64,000 nt of DNA from Flavobacteriales bacterium (GTDB taxonomy: Bacteria > Bacteroidota > Bacteroidia > Flavobacteriales_C > GCA-002722245): the NCBI GenBank assembly GCA_049430665.1, contig JBMTCG010000005.1, positions 2,930-66,929 of the forward strand, in the 5' to 3' direction. How positions within the stretch are numbered: position 1 is the stretch's first letter; every line of letters begins with the position of its first letter. The notes below the pieces were generated by a model, which was not told the DNA's origin, did no database searches, and saw nothing but the letters and a program-made list of their open reading frames with translations. The position numbers were made by a program, and so were the translations under genes. Positions 9,876 through 18,744 of the stretch are shown here, one piece after another.

Positions 9876-10487
9876 TTATTTCGTAAGCGATATTTTATTT
9901 CTTCCCAACTTAATCAAATTGGCATTTTCCATTTGCTTTAAAATACGCGAAACAGCTTCGCGAGAGGTGCCCATTTCATCGGCCAATTGTTGGTGGGTAA
10001 TGGCTATTTCTTTGTTGTTGTGAAGGGCGGCTTTTTGCTCTAGCAATTGCAGCAAACGGGTATCTAATTTCTGAAAAGCCACGGCATTTACAACGCCCAA
10101 CAACTCTTCAAATCTTTTGTGGTACAATTTAAAAATGAAATCGGTCCATTCTGGATATTCTTTAATCCATTCACTCGCTTTTTCTAGCGGAATCATCAGT
10201 ATTTCCACATCCTCTTCTGCGATGGCTTTTACCTTGCTTGTTTCGTGGTGAATGCCGCCAAGAAACGACATGATACAACTTTCGCCCGGACGGATATAAT
10301 ACAGCAAAATTTCTTTGCCATCGTCATCGGTTCGCATCACGCGAATGCTTCCTTTCAAAACAATAGGAATAGATTTAATGTAGCTGTCTTCGTTGATGAT
10401 GATGGTGTCGGCAGGGAAAGTTTTTATTTGTCCGCTTTGCTTTACTTGGTCGTTCAATAAACCATGAAAAATTTTAGTGCTATCCAT
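9876..10487 (-). CDS. Crp/Fnr family transcriptional regulator (cNMP-binding + HTH)
   Basis: cNMP-binding beta-roll (LYYIRPGESCIMSF). C-terminal HTH GTSREAVSRILKQMENANLI. Confidence 0.85.
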   Translation of the reverse strand: MDSTKIFHGLLNDQVKQSGQIKTFPADTIIINEDSYIKSIPIVLKGSIRVMRTDDDGKEILLYYIRPGESCIMSFLGGIHHETSKVKAIAEEDVEILMIPLEKASEWIKEYPEWTDFIFKLYHKRFEELLGVVNAVAFQKLDTRLLQLLEQKAALHNNKEIAITHQQLADEMGTSREAVSRILKQMENANLIKLGRNKISLTK

Positions 10488-11734
10488 TACGCTCTGCTCA
10501 AAGTAATTAAACTAATTTCGGGCGAAATGCCCACTCTGCCTGGGTAACCTACAAAACCTAAACCTCTGTTTACATAAATTTGTTGTTTCCCTTTTTCGTA
10601 CAAGCCAGCCCATTGAGCGTATCGCCATTGCACTGGAGAAAACTTAAAGTATTTGGTTTCAATACCGAACTGCATTCCGTGGGTATGGCCCGAAAAAGTA
10701 CAGTCGATATTTGGATAATCTTTAATGATTTGTGCATCCCAATGTGATGGGTCGTGAGATAATAAAAATTGCACCGAATCTTTGTCAACACCTTCATAGG
10801 CCTTAGCAATATCACCGTATTTAGCAAAGCGGCCGTCGCCCCAGTTTTCTACACCAATGATGGTTATTTTTTCGCCGCCAATTTCTAAAACTCTATTTTC
10901 ATTTAGTAGCAAATCCCAACCGGCATCTTTGTGTACTTTTTGCATCAACTCTTTGTTGTGCGCTTTGTTTTTTTCGTAATCGGGTGAATCTGGTTGGTAG
11001 AAGTAATCGCCGTAATCATGATTTCCCAAAATAGAAAACACGCCGTATTTGGCTTTTAGTTTTTTAAAGCTTTCTGCGTGAGGCAAAGCTTCTTCGCTGA
11101 TGTCGTTCACTAAATCTCCTGTAAAGAAAATAACATCGGGTTTCAATTCATTAATCATCACATAGGCTTCTTCTAATGGGTCGCTGCTCAAGAAACTTCC
11201 TACGTGCTGATCAGATATTTGCACGATTTTCAACCCTTCAAAGTTCTTAGGGAGATTCTTCAATTTCAAATCTACATAATGAATAGTGTAGTTGTATCCG
11301 CCGCGCAACATACCGTAAAAGAAGGTAGAAGCAAAGACGCCAAAAGTACCAAGGGCGCCCATTTGCAAGAATTTCTTTCTGGTGATGCCTTCTTTAGTAG
11401 TTTCTTTATCGGCGGTAACTTTTGCTTTGGTCCAAATGAACAATCTTCGCAAATCGTCGGCAATAATCCATAAACAACCAATCAATTTAGATAAATAAAC
11501 AAACATGAAAGAACCCCAAAGGTAGGTACGCACGAAAATGCTGCTCTTTTGTCCGGTAAAATAGTTGTAAGACCCAAACATGATAAACGCAAAAGAAATG
11601 GCACTCACTGTAAGATAAACAATCTTCCATTTCTTCGATAAGCGCGATTTAATACCAAAGTAGAAGTAGATATCGGCAGTGGTTAATATCGCCGCAATCA
11701 TCAAAAAGAAGAGAATAAATTTACTGTGATCCAT
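10487..11734 (-). CDS. membrane-anchored calcineurin-like metallophosphoesterase (CpdA/class III PDE-like motifs)
   Basis: Four N-terminal TM helices. Motifs DQHVGSF, FTGDLVND, GNHDYGDY, SHDPSHW, SGHTHGMQF. Its stop TAA overlaps the crp-like ATG (TAATG). Confidence 0.8.
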   Translation of the reverse strand: MDHSKFILFFLMIAAILTTADIYFYFGIKSRLSKKWKIVYLTVSAISFAFIMFGSYNYFTGQKSSIFVRTYLWGSFMFVYLSKLIGCLWIIADDLRRLFIWTKAKVTADKETTKEGITRKKFLQMGALGTFGVFASTFFYGMLRGGYNYTIHYVDLKLKNLPKNFEGLKIVQISDQHVGSFLSSDPLEEAYVMINELKPDVIFFTGDLVNDISEEALPHAESFKKLKAKYGVFSILGNHDYGDYFYQPDSPDYEKNKAHNKELMQKVHKDAGWDLLLNENRVLEIGGEKITIIGVENWGDGRFAKYGDIAKAYEGVDKDSVQFLLSHDPSHWDAQIIKDYPNIDCTFSGHTHGMQFGIETKYFKFSPVQWRYAQWAGLYEKGKQQIYVNRGLGFVGYPGRVGISPEISLITLSRA

Positions 11735-11846
11735 TTTTCAGTTTTGCCAAAGATATTTTTTTATCGTCAAAATCGCTATTTATCAATTTTCACTTTGGGT
11801 ATTTTAACAATTTAACTATCTCCCAACAAAAACCTATTTTTGCACC

Positions 11847-13721
11847 ATGAATTACCTAAGTGTAGAAAATATATCGAAAGCTTTTGACGAGCGCGTGCTT
11901 TTTGAAGGGGTGTCGTTTGGCTTGTCGAAAGGTGATAGGGTAGCGCTGGTAGCTAAGAATGGCGCGGGAAAGAGTACCATTTTTAAAATGTTGATGGGGG
12001 AAATTTTGCACGATGATGGTAATATCGTTTTTCGTGAAGGTATTAAGATGGGTTGGTTAGAACAGGAGCCTAAATTTATTAGCGGACAAACTATTCAAGA
12101 GTACATCTACGATTCTAAGAATCCGAAAATATTATTGATTCAAAAGTACCAAAAGATGCTCGATGAGGGCGTTAGCGATAATGCTACGATGCAAAAGGTG
12201 CTAGATGAAATTGATAAAACACATGCTTGGGATACTGAGGCGAAGATTCAAGAGGTTTTAACAAGCTTGAATTTGAATACGCCCAATCAGGTAACTACCA
12301 ATATGAGTGGAGGCGAAAAGCGTAGATTGGCGTTGGCAAAAGTGTTGATTGAAGAACCCGAATTTTTGTTGTTGGATGAACCTACCAATCACCTCGATTT
12401 AGAGATGGTGGAGTGGTTGGAGAAATACATGACTAGGCCAGAAATTACCATGCTGGTGATTACCCACGACAGGTATTTTTTAGATAGTGTGTGCAATAGA
12501 ATCATTGAGCTCGACCAAGGTACTTTGTATGAATATGAAGGCAATTACGAATATTTTTTAAGCAAGAGAGAAGAGCGTATTCACAACGCCAAAACCGTTG
12601 CTGCTAAAGCAAAAAACTTGTTGAAGAAAGAGGTGGAGTGGCTGGGGAAAATGCCCAAGGCGCGTACCACGAAAGCAAAATATAGAATTGATGCGGTGGA
12701 TGAAATTCGCGAAAAAGCATTCTCCTTTAAAGAGGAAAGAAAAATTTCTATTGAGAGCCATGTGAGCAGAATAGGCAAGAAAGTGCTAGAGCTGCACAAC
12801 GTGAGTAAAAGCTACGGCGATAGAGAAATTATTAAAAAGTTCTCTTACGTTTTCAAGAAGGAAGAAAAGGTAGGTATTATAGGAAGAAATGGTAGTGGTA
12901 AGAGTACTTTACTCAATATGATTAAGTCGTTGGAGGAGCCAACATCGGGTAGAATTGAGGTGGGACATACCGTTAAAATTGGGTATTATTCGCAGAAGTT
13001 GGAGTCGGCAAAACCCGGACAACGTGTTATTGATTCCTTGCGTGATTATGCCGATGAGGTGAAGATGAGCGGCGGAAGAACCATGTCGATATCGCAATTG
13101 TTGGTGAAGTTTCAATTCGATTTGAAGAAGCAAACGGCCTATGTGGAAAGTTTGAGTGGTGGAGAGAGAAAGCGTTTACAGCTGGTGTCGATATTGATAC
13201 AAAATCCGAATTTCTTAATTTTAGATGAGCCAACCAACGATCTTGATTTAAATACCTTGGCGGCTTTGGAAGAATTTTTAGCCGATTTTGAAGGTTGTGT
13301 AATTGTGGTTTCTCACGATAGATATTTCTTAGATAATGTTGTAGATCATTTGTTTGTATTCAGGGGCAATGGTGAGATTCAAGATTTTCCTGGTAACTAT
13401 TCTCAGTTCCGCGAACAAAAAAGCATGAAGGCTGCGCTTGCGGTGGAGGAATTAAAAAGTGACAAGGAAAAAGCCAAAAAAGAGGAGCCCGAAGTGCCAA
13501 AGGAAAAGAAAAAACTGACTTACAAAGAACGTCAGGAATACGAGCAGCTGGAGAAGGAAATTGGTGAACTTGAGAAAAAACAATTGAGCATTAGCGAGGA
13601 GTTTTCATCGGGTAAATTAAGTGGTGATGAATTTAATCAGCGTTCGGTAGAGTTAGCGAAAATATCGACAACCCTCGAGGAAAAGACCTTGCGTTGGATG
13701 GAACTAGCTGAATATGCGTAG
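11847..13721 (+). CDS. ABC-F family ATPase (Uup/EttA-like) with two ABC domains and a C-terminal coiled coil
   Basis: Two Walker A motifs (AKNGAGKST, GRNGSGKST). Two signatures (MSGGEKRRLALA, LSGGERKRLQL). Inter-domain linker and K/E-rich C-terminal arm. No TM domain. Confidence 0.9.
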   Translation: MNYLSVENISKAFDERVLFEGVSFGLSKGDRVALVAKNGAGKSTIFKMLMGEILHDDGNIVFREGIKMGWLEQEPKFISGQTIQEYIYDSKNPKILLIQKYQKMLDEGVSDNATMQKVLDEIDKTHAWDTEAKIQEVLTSLNLNTPNQVTTNMSGGEKRRLALAKVLIEEPEFLLLDEPTNHLDLEMVEWLEKYMTRPEITMLVITHDRYFLDSVCNRIIELDQGTLYEYEGNYEYFLSKREERIHNAKTVAAKAKNLLKKEVEWLGKMPKARTTKAKYRIDAVDEIREKAFSFKEERKISIESHVSRIGKKVLELHNVSKSYGDREIIKKFSYVFKKEEKVGIIGRNGSGKSTLLNMIKSLEEPTSGRIEVGHTVKIGYYSQKLESAKPGQRVIDSLRDYADEVKMSGGRTMSISQLLVKFQFDLKKQTAYVESLSGGERKRLQLVSILIQNPNFLILDEPTNDLDLNTLAALEEFLADFEGCVIVVSHDRYFLDNVVDHLFVFRGNGEIQDFPGNYSQFREQKSMKAALAVEELKSDKEKAKKEEPEVPKEKKKLTYKERQEYEQLEKEIGELEKKQLSISEEFSSGKLSGDEFNQRSVELAKISTTLEEKTLRWMELAEYA

Positions 13722-13799
13722 TTTATCCTGTTCAAAAACTTTACACTTTATACTTTAATCCTTAGACTTAATTCGCTATTTTCGCCCCTCATTTACTTT

Positions 13800-15689
13800 A
13801 TGGCCGAGAATTGTAAATATGTTTTCGATTTTGATAGCACGCTAACTCAAGTGGAAGCGCTGGATGTGCTTGCCGAAATTTCACTAAAGGGTAATCCTAA
13901 ACAAGCCGAAATTATTGAGAAAATTAAGCACATCACCGATATGGGTATTGATGGCACTATTTCTTTTACCGAAGGTTTGAAACAAAGATTGGCCATTTTA
14001 GAAGCAAGAGAAGAGCATTTACCTTTGTTGGTGAACAGATTGAAGAAAGAGATTTCTAAATCGATTGCCCGCAACAAAACCTTTTTTAAAACACACGCCA
14101 AAGATATTTATGTAATGTCGGCAGGTTTTAAAGAGTTTATTGAACCCATCGTTAAAGAGTACCATATTCCGTCCGAAAGAGTGTACGCCAATACCTTCAA
14201 GTTTAAAGATGGTAAAATCGTAGGCTTCGATACCAAAAATCCTTTGTCGAAACACAACGGAAAGATTGAGTGCATGAAGAAAATGAACCTTACAGGTAAG
14301 GTTTATATGATTGGCGATGGATTTAGCGATTATGTTACCCGCAGAGATGGCGTTGCCAGCAAGTTTTTTGCATACACCGAGAATGTGAAAAGGAACAACA
14401 TTTTAGATGTTGCCGACCATATCACCCCAAGTTTTGAAGAATTTTTATACTTAAATAAATTGCCCATGGCTATTTCTTATCCTAAAAACAGAATTAAAGT
14501 ATTGTTGTTGGAAAATATCCACCCTAATGCTTACAAAATTTTTACCGAAGAAGGCTACACCGTTGAAACAATGAAAGGTGCGTTAGATGAAGCCGAATTG
14601 TGTAAAAAAATAAAAGACGTGCACATTTTGGGTATCCGTTCGAAAACCAATGTAACAGCAAAGGTTTTAGAACATGCCAATAAATTAATGTCGGTAGGTG
14701 CTTTTTGCATTGGCACTAAACAAATCAACTTAGAAGCTTGTAAAGAAAAAGGAGTGATTGTGTTCAACGCACCTTTTAGCAACACACGTTCGGTAGTTGA
14801 ATTGGCGATTGGTGAAATTATTATGTTGATGCGTCGTGTGTTTGAAAGAAGCACCGAATTGCACAATGGCAAATGGAATAAAACGGCTGCTGGTAGCTAC
14901 GAAGTGAGAAACAAAACTTTGGGTATCGTTGGTTACGGTAACATTGGTTCTCAACTTTCTGTAGTGGCTGAGGCTTTAGGTATGAAGGTGTTGTTCTACG
15001 ATTCAGTAGAAAAATTAGCTTTAGGTAATGCAGTAAAATGCAATACTTTAAATGAGTTGTTGAAAAAATCAGATGTAGTTTCTTTGCACATCGATGACAG
15101 TGCTGAAAACAAGAATTTCTTTGGCGACAAAGAATTTAAAGCGATGAAAGATGGCGCCGCTTTTGTGAATTTAAGTAGAGGATTTGTGGTTGATATTCCT
15201 GGTTTGGTGAAACATCTAAAGAGCGGAAAAATTTCTGGTTGTGGAGTAGACGTTTTCCCTAAAGAGCCTAAAAACAACGACGAGCCTTTTGTATCTGAAT
15301 TGATTGGATTGCCAAATGTTATTCTTACACCACACGTTGGTGGAAGCACGCAAGAGGCGCAAGTAAATATTGCTGAGTTTGTTCCTGCTAGAATCATCGC
15401 TTATGTAAATAAAGGTGTTTCTTATAAAGCAGTTAACTTCCCTAATATTCGTTTGCAAGAGCAAGGTAGTTCTCATCGTTTCTTACATGTGCACGAGAAT
15501 GTGCCAGGTATCATGGCAAAGGTGAACGGCATCTTGTCGAAACAAGGTTTGAACATCGTTGCGCAATCGTTAGCTACCGACCAAAAAATTGGTTATTTGA
15601 TAACCGATGTAGATAAAAACTACAAGAAAGAATTGATTGAGGAGTTGAAGAAAATTAAGCATACAATTAAGTTTAGAGTATTGTACTAA
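13800..15689 (+). CDS. serA: bifunctional phosphoserine phosphatase-like HAD domain fused to D-3-phosphoglycerate dehydrogenase (SerB-SerA fusion) with C-terminal ACT domain
   Basis: N-terminal HAD domain: DxDST motif VFDFDSTL, GDGFSD. Then a 2-hydroxyacid dehydrogenase: KVLLLENIHP, GIVGYGNIGSQL, catalytic LTPHVGGST. ACT domain at the C-terminus (HRFLHVHENVPGIMAKV). Confidence 0.8.
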   Translation: MAENCKYVFDFDSTLTQVEALDVLAEISLKGNPKQAEIIEKIKHITDMGIDGTISFTEGLKQRLAILEAREEHLPLLVNRLKKEISKSIARNKTFFKTHAKDIYVMSAGFKEFIEPIVKEYHIPSERVYANTFKFKDGKIVGFDTKNPLSKHNGKIECMKKMNLTGKVYMIGDGFSDYVTRRDGVASKFFAYTENVKRNNILDVADHITPSFEEFLYLNKLPMAISYPKNRIKVLLLENIHPNAYKIFTEEGYTVETMKGALDEAELCKKIKDVHILGIRSKTNVTAKVLEHANKLMSVGAFCIGTKQINLEACKEKGVIVFNAPFSNTRSVVELAIGEIIMLMRRVFERSTELHNGKWNKTAAGSYEVRNKTLGIVGYGNIGSQLSVVAEALGMKVLFYDSVEKLALGNAVKCNTLNELLKKSDVVSLHIDDSAENKNFFGDKEFKAMKDGAAFVNLSRGFVVDIPGLVKHLKSGKISGCGVDVFPKEPKNNDEPFVSELIGLPNVILTPHVGGSTQEAQVNIAEFVPARIIAYVNKGVSYKAVNFPNIRLQEQGSSHRFLHVHENVPGIMAKVNGILSKQGLNIVAQSLATDQKIGYLITDVDKNYKKELIEELKKIKHTIKFRVLY

Positions 15690-15952
15690 TGAGTGATGAT
15701 CGCTACGAATATCTTAGGAAACAGTTGGAGACTCAAATGAGTTTTCCTTCAAAGTACATGTTCAAATTCATCGTTCCTAAAGATAAGGTAGAACAGGTAA
15801 AACCTCATTTCGAAACAGCTGAAATCACCGAAAAACATTCAACAAAAGGGAACTATGTGAGCGTTACTGTTTTGGTGATTGTATTCTCTGCAGAAGATGT
15901 ATTGCATGGCTACAAAAGAGTTTCTCATATAGAAGGTTTGGTGGCTTTATGA
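15689..15952 (+). CDS. DUF493/YbeD-like small protein
   Basis: 87 aa. FPSKYMFKFIVPKD...YVSVTVLV pattern resembles UPF0250/YbeD. Start overlaps the serA-fusion stop (TAATG). Confidence 0.55.
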   Translation: MSDDRYEYLRKQLETQMSFPSKYMFKFIVPKDKVEQVKPHFETAEITEKHSTKGNYVSVTVLVIVFSAEDVLHGYKRVSHIEGLVAL

Positions 15953-16794
15953 TGCTGTGGCAAGGTAAGCTGGAAAAGATGCCGGTGGAGTTGCACAATC
16001 CGGTGAAGTATTATCTTGAGGATAATCAATCTAAAGTTTGTATCAACGACTGTATCGGTAAAAATATCCGACTCACTTTTCAAAATGAAATTCGTTGTGT
16101 GGCGTGTGATAAGAAAACGAATAAGTCTTTCGGACAAGGTTTTTGTTATCCTTGTTTTTTAAAATCTCCACAGAATTCTGAATGTATTGTTAGGCCAGAA
16201 TTGTGCATGGCGCATGAACATCAAGGTAGAGATGTAGAGTGGGAAGAAAAAAATCACAACGTGCCGCATTATGTATATATCGCCCAAACGAGCGATGTGA
16301 AAGTGGGCGTAACGCGAGCTAGTAATTTGCACAATCGTTGGATTGATCAAGGTGCACGAAGAGGTATTAAATTGGCGTTGGTGCCTTATCGCCAGCTGGC
16401 CGGACTCATAGAAATTGAACTCAAACAATACATCTCCGATAAAACCAACTGGCAGAAAATGTTGAAGGATGAAAGAGGAGAAGAAGTAGATTTGGTGAAG
16501 CTTAAAAATTCATTAATCGATAAACTTCCAGAAGACTTGATGGAATATGCCGACGACGACGATAAGATTATCGAAATTCAATACCCGGTTGAAGTTTACT
16601 TGGATAAAATAAAAAGCGTTGGTTTCGATAAAGAAGTTATTGTAGAAGGAAAATTACAAGGTATTCGCGGACAATACCTAATGTTTAGCAATGGCAATGT
16701 GATTAATTTGCGCAAGCACAGTGGGTATGTAATTAGTGTTGAGGTGTTAGATGTGGAGGCTGAGAAGATGGTGGTGCAAGGGAGTTTGTTTTAG
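15949..16794 (+). CDS. DUF2797-like protein with a CxxC...CxxC zinc-ribbon
   Basis: CVACDKK...CYPCF cysteine pairs. Start overlaps the previous stop (ATGA), giving a three-gene coupled operon. Confidence 0.55.
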   Translation: MMLWQGKLEKMPVELHNPVKYYLEDNQSKVCINDCIGKNIRLTFQNEIRCVACDKKTNKSFGQGFCYPCFLKSPQNSECIVRPELCMAHEHQGRDVEWEEKNHNVPHYVYIAQTSDVKVGVTRASNLHNRWIDQGARRGIKLALVPYRQLAGLIEIELKQYISDKTNWQKMLKDERGEEVDLVKLKNSLIDKLPEDLMEYADDDDKIIEIQYPVEVYLDKIKSVGFDKEVIVEGKLQGIRGQYLMFSNGNVINLRKHSGYVISVEVLDVEAEKMVVQGSLF

Positions 16795-16809
16795 TTCGCT
16801 AATTATTAT

Positions 16810-17232
16810 TTAATCAAACCATTTTTCACCTTTCAAAATTCCCATTCCGCGATCTTTCAAAAGACGAATGTTTAATTCTAAAGCATTTCTATAATCCCCA
16901 TTTGCGGGATGAAAATCTTTTGGTGAAATGTTATCTGTTTTATTGAGTAAATCGATGATGATTTTGATGTTTTCTTGGTCATGGTCGCTGTATTCGGTTG
17001 ACCATCCTTTAACGATGTAAAAGTAGAAAAAGTCTTCTCTGTAGTCGTATGTGAGCCACACTTGCCTGTTGTTTTTTTTACTTACATATTTAATTGATGA
17101 GCCATAATTAGTTGTGCTGTTTTCAATAATTGTGTAGCCTAACTCTTTTTCTAAAAATGAGAATTGTTTTTGAATCGATTTTGAGCATTCATCATATCTG
17201 TTCATAGTTCTTTTATGATAGCGTTTTCTCAA
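16810..17232 (-). CDS. hypothetical protein
   Basis: 140-aa ORF; the real start may be the internal MNRYDE. No motif I recognise. Confidence 0.45.
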   Translation of the reverse strand: MRKRYHKRTMNRYDECSKSIQKQFSFLEKELGYTIIENSTTNYGSSIKYVSKKNNRQVWLTYDYREDFFYFYIVKGWSTEYSDHDQENIKIIIDLLNKTDNISPKDFHPANGDYRNALELNIRLLKDRGMGILKGEKWFD

Positions 17233-17287
17233 ATCTACTTTTAATTCTCAAATAAAATAAATCTCTTTTTGAGTATCGAATAACTAA

Positions 17288-17432
17288 CTAACTCTCCACC
17301 TTTTGAAGGTGGAGTACCCGTCAGCTGACGGGGGAGGCGGTTAATAGATAGAGAAATCAATTGAAAAGGAAAACAATCTTTTTTATAACCACCTCGCCTG
17401 AGGCACTCCGCCTTCAAAAGGCGGAGAGTTGA
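17288..17432. repeat. MITE/REP-like element: two inverted ~36-nt arms, each with a 9-bp hairpin
   Basis: Arm 1 at 17290-17333 holds hairpin ctccacctt-ttg-aaggtggag plus palindrome cccgtcag/ctgacggg. Arm 2 at 17395-17430 holds ctccgcctt-caa-aaggcggag. Arm 2 reverse-complemented matches arm 1 at about 31/35 positions, with compensatory a/g and t/c changes. Confidence 0.5.
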
Positions 17433-17571
17433 TTAGTGGCCCATTACCTGAAAAATTGTGTAATGAAAAAACTACGAATTCAACTTATTCTACTACAATC
17501 ATATCTTAATTCTCTCCAAAGTTTTCTTGGTGTATTCAGGATAATTTCAAGGGTTCGCCCCTACAGTAAAA

Positions 17572-18744
17572 CTACTCCACAACAAAAACGCTGCTGCCCA
17601 TTTTTTCGCTACTTCTAATTTGCAACAAATACATTCCCGAAGGTAAATCGTGATTCACCAAAACAGAATTTCCTTGTACGTTTTGTTCAAGTAGAATTTG
17701 TCCGCTGGTGCTGTATATTTTCAACTGACTGTTTACATCAAAATCTCCATTGATGTAAAAGAAAGAAGTGGAAGGATTAGGGTAGAAGTTGAAATTCAAT
17801 TTTTCAATTTCATGCGTGGTTAAAGATGCGCCGCCTGTTGTTGTTTTAAAGATGTTTCCTTTGCTCCCTACAATAATTCCAACGGTGTTGTTTACAAAAT
17901 AAATATCGTTGAAATCGGCTGTTGAGGTTATAGTGATGGTATTCCAATTGCTACCATTGGCAGTGAATAAAACAGTAGCGTTTTTACCAACTGTAAAGCA
18001 GGTGTCGGTATTGGGAACAGCAGCGGCTGCGTTTAGCCATTGAGCCGAAATAGTACTTTCAGTAATACTGGAAAAAGAAGTGTCGGTGCTTATTTGTAAA
18101 CCATTGATACCTACAGCTAGAATATCGGTAGTGTTGGGGTAAAAAGCAAAATCATTGATGTTCTTGTTGGCCGATGAGTTCTCTGTTGTCCAATTATTAC
18201 CAGCATCAATAGATTTTAATAGGAGTCCGTTATTCCCCGAAATCACTACCACATCATTCGTTACAAAACGCACTTTATTGAGTAAATAAATAGTAAAAGG
18301 CGTGAGGGGAGTCCATGCCCCGCCGTTGTTCACCGATTTCAAAATGGTGCCGTTACTTCCTGTAATTAAACCTATATTGTTTTTAATGTCAATGCTCATC
18401 AAATCGTTAGAAGTATTTGATGTAAGTGCCGACCAGCTAACACCAGCGTTAATCGTTTTAAGAATGGTGCCTCCATCGCCCACAGCAAAGCCGTTGTTGG
18501 CATCTAAAAAGAAAACATCGTTGAGGTGTTTCAAAGTAGCCGATGAAACGATGGTAAAAGAATTTCCGGCGTTGGAAGAACGCAAAATCAAGCCAGAATC
18601 ACCAACAGCAACAACCGTATTTGAGTTCGAGAAAGTAACAGCGTTGATGTTCTTACTAGTACCCGAAGTAATTTTATTCCATTGTGCATTTACGCACAAA
18701 AATGAAAAAGTAAAGCACAGTAGTATTATGATTTTATTGTTCAT
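17572..18744 (-). CDS. Ycf48/BNR-like repeat protein with T9SS type A C-terminal sorting domain
   Basis: Signal peptide. Repeated GxxGxILxSxNxGxxW units. C-terminus FYPNPSTSFFYI...SGMYLLQIRS is typical of Por_Secre_tail. Confidence 0.7.
   Translation of the reverse strand: MNNKIIILLCFTFSFLCVNAQWNKITSGTSKNINAVTFSNSNTVVAVGDSGLILRSSNAGNSFTIVSSATLKHLNDVFFLDANNGFAVGDGGTILKTINAGVSWSALTSNTSNDLMSIDIKNNIGLITGSNGTILKSVNNGGAWTPLTPFTIYLLNKVRFVTNDVVVISGNNGLLLKSIDAGNNWTTENSSANKNINDFAFYPNTTDILAVGINGLQISTDTSFSSITESTISAQWLNAAAAVPNTDTCFTVGKNATVLFTANGSNWNTITITSTADFNDIYFVNNTVGIIVGSKGNIFKTTTGGASLTTHEIEKLNFNFYPNPSTSFFYINGDFDVNSQLKIYSTSGQILLEQNVQGNSVLVNHDLPSGMYLLQIRSSEKMGSSVFVVE

Noticed and set aside
17536-17556. 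tRNA T-arm-like GGGTTCGCCCC
   Set aside because: No acceptor stem or anticodon arm can be built around it. It lies within the 3' end region of the Ycf48-like gene.
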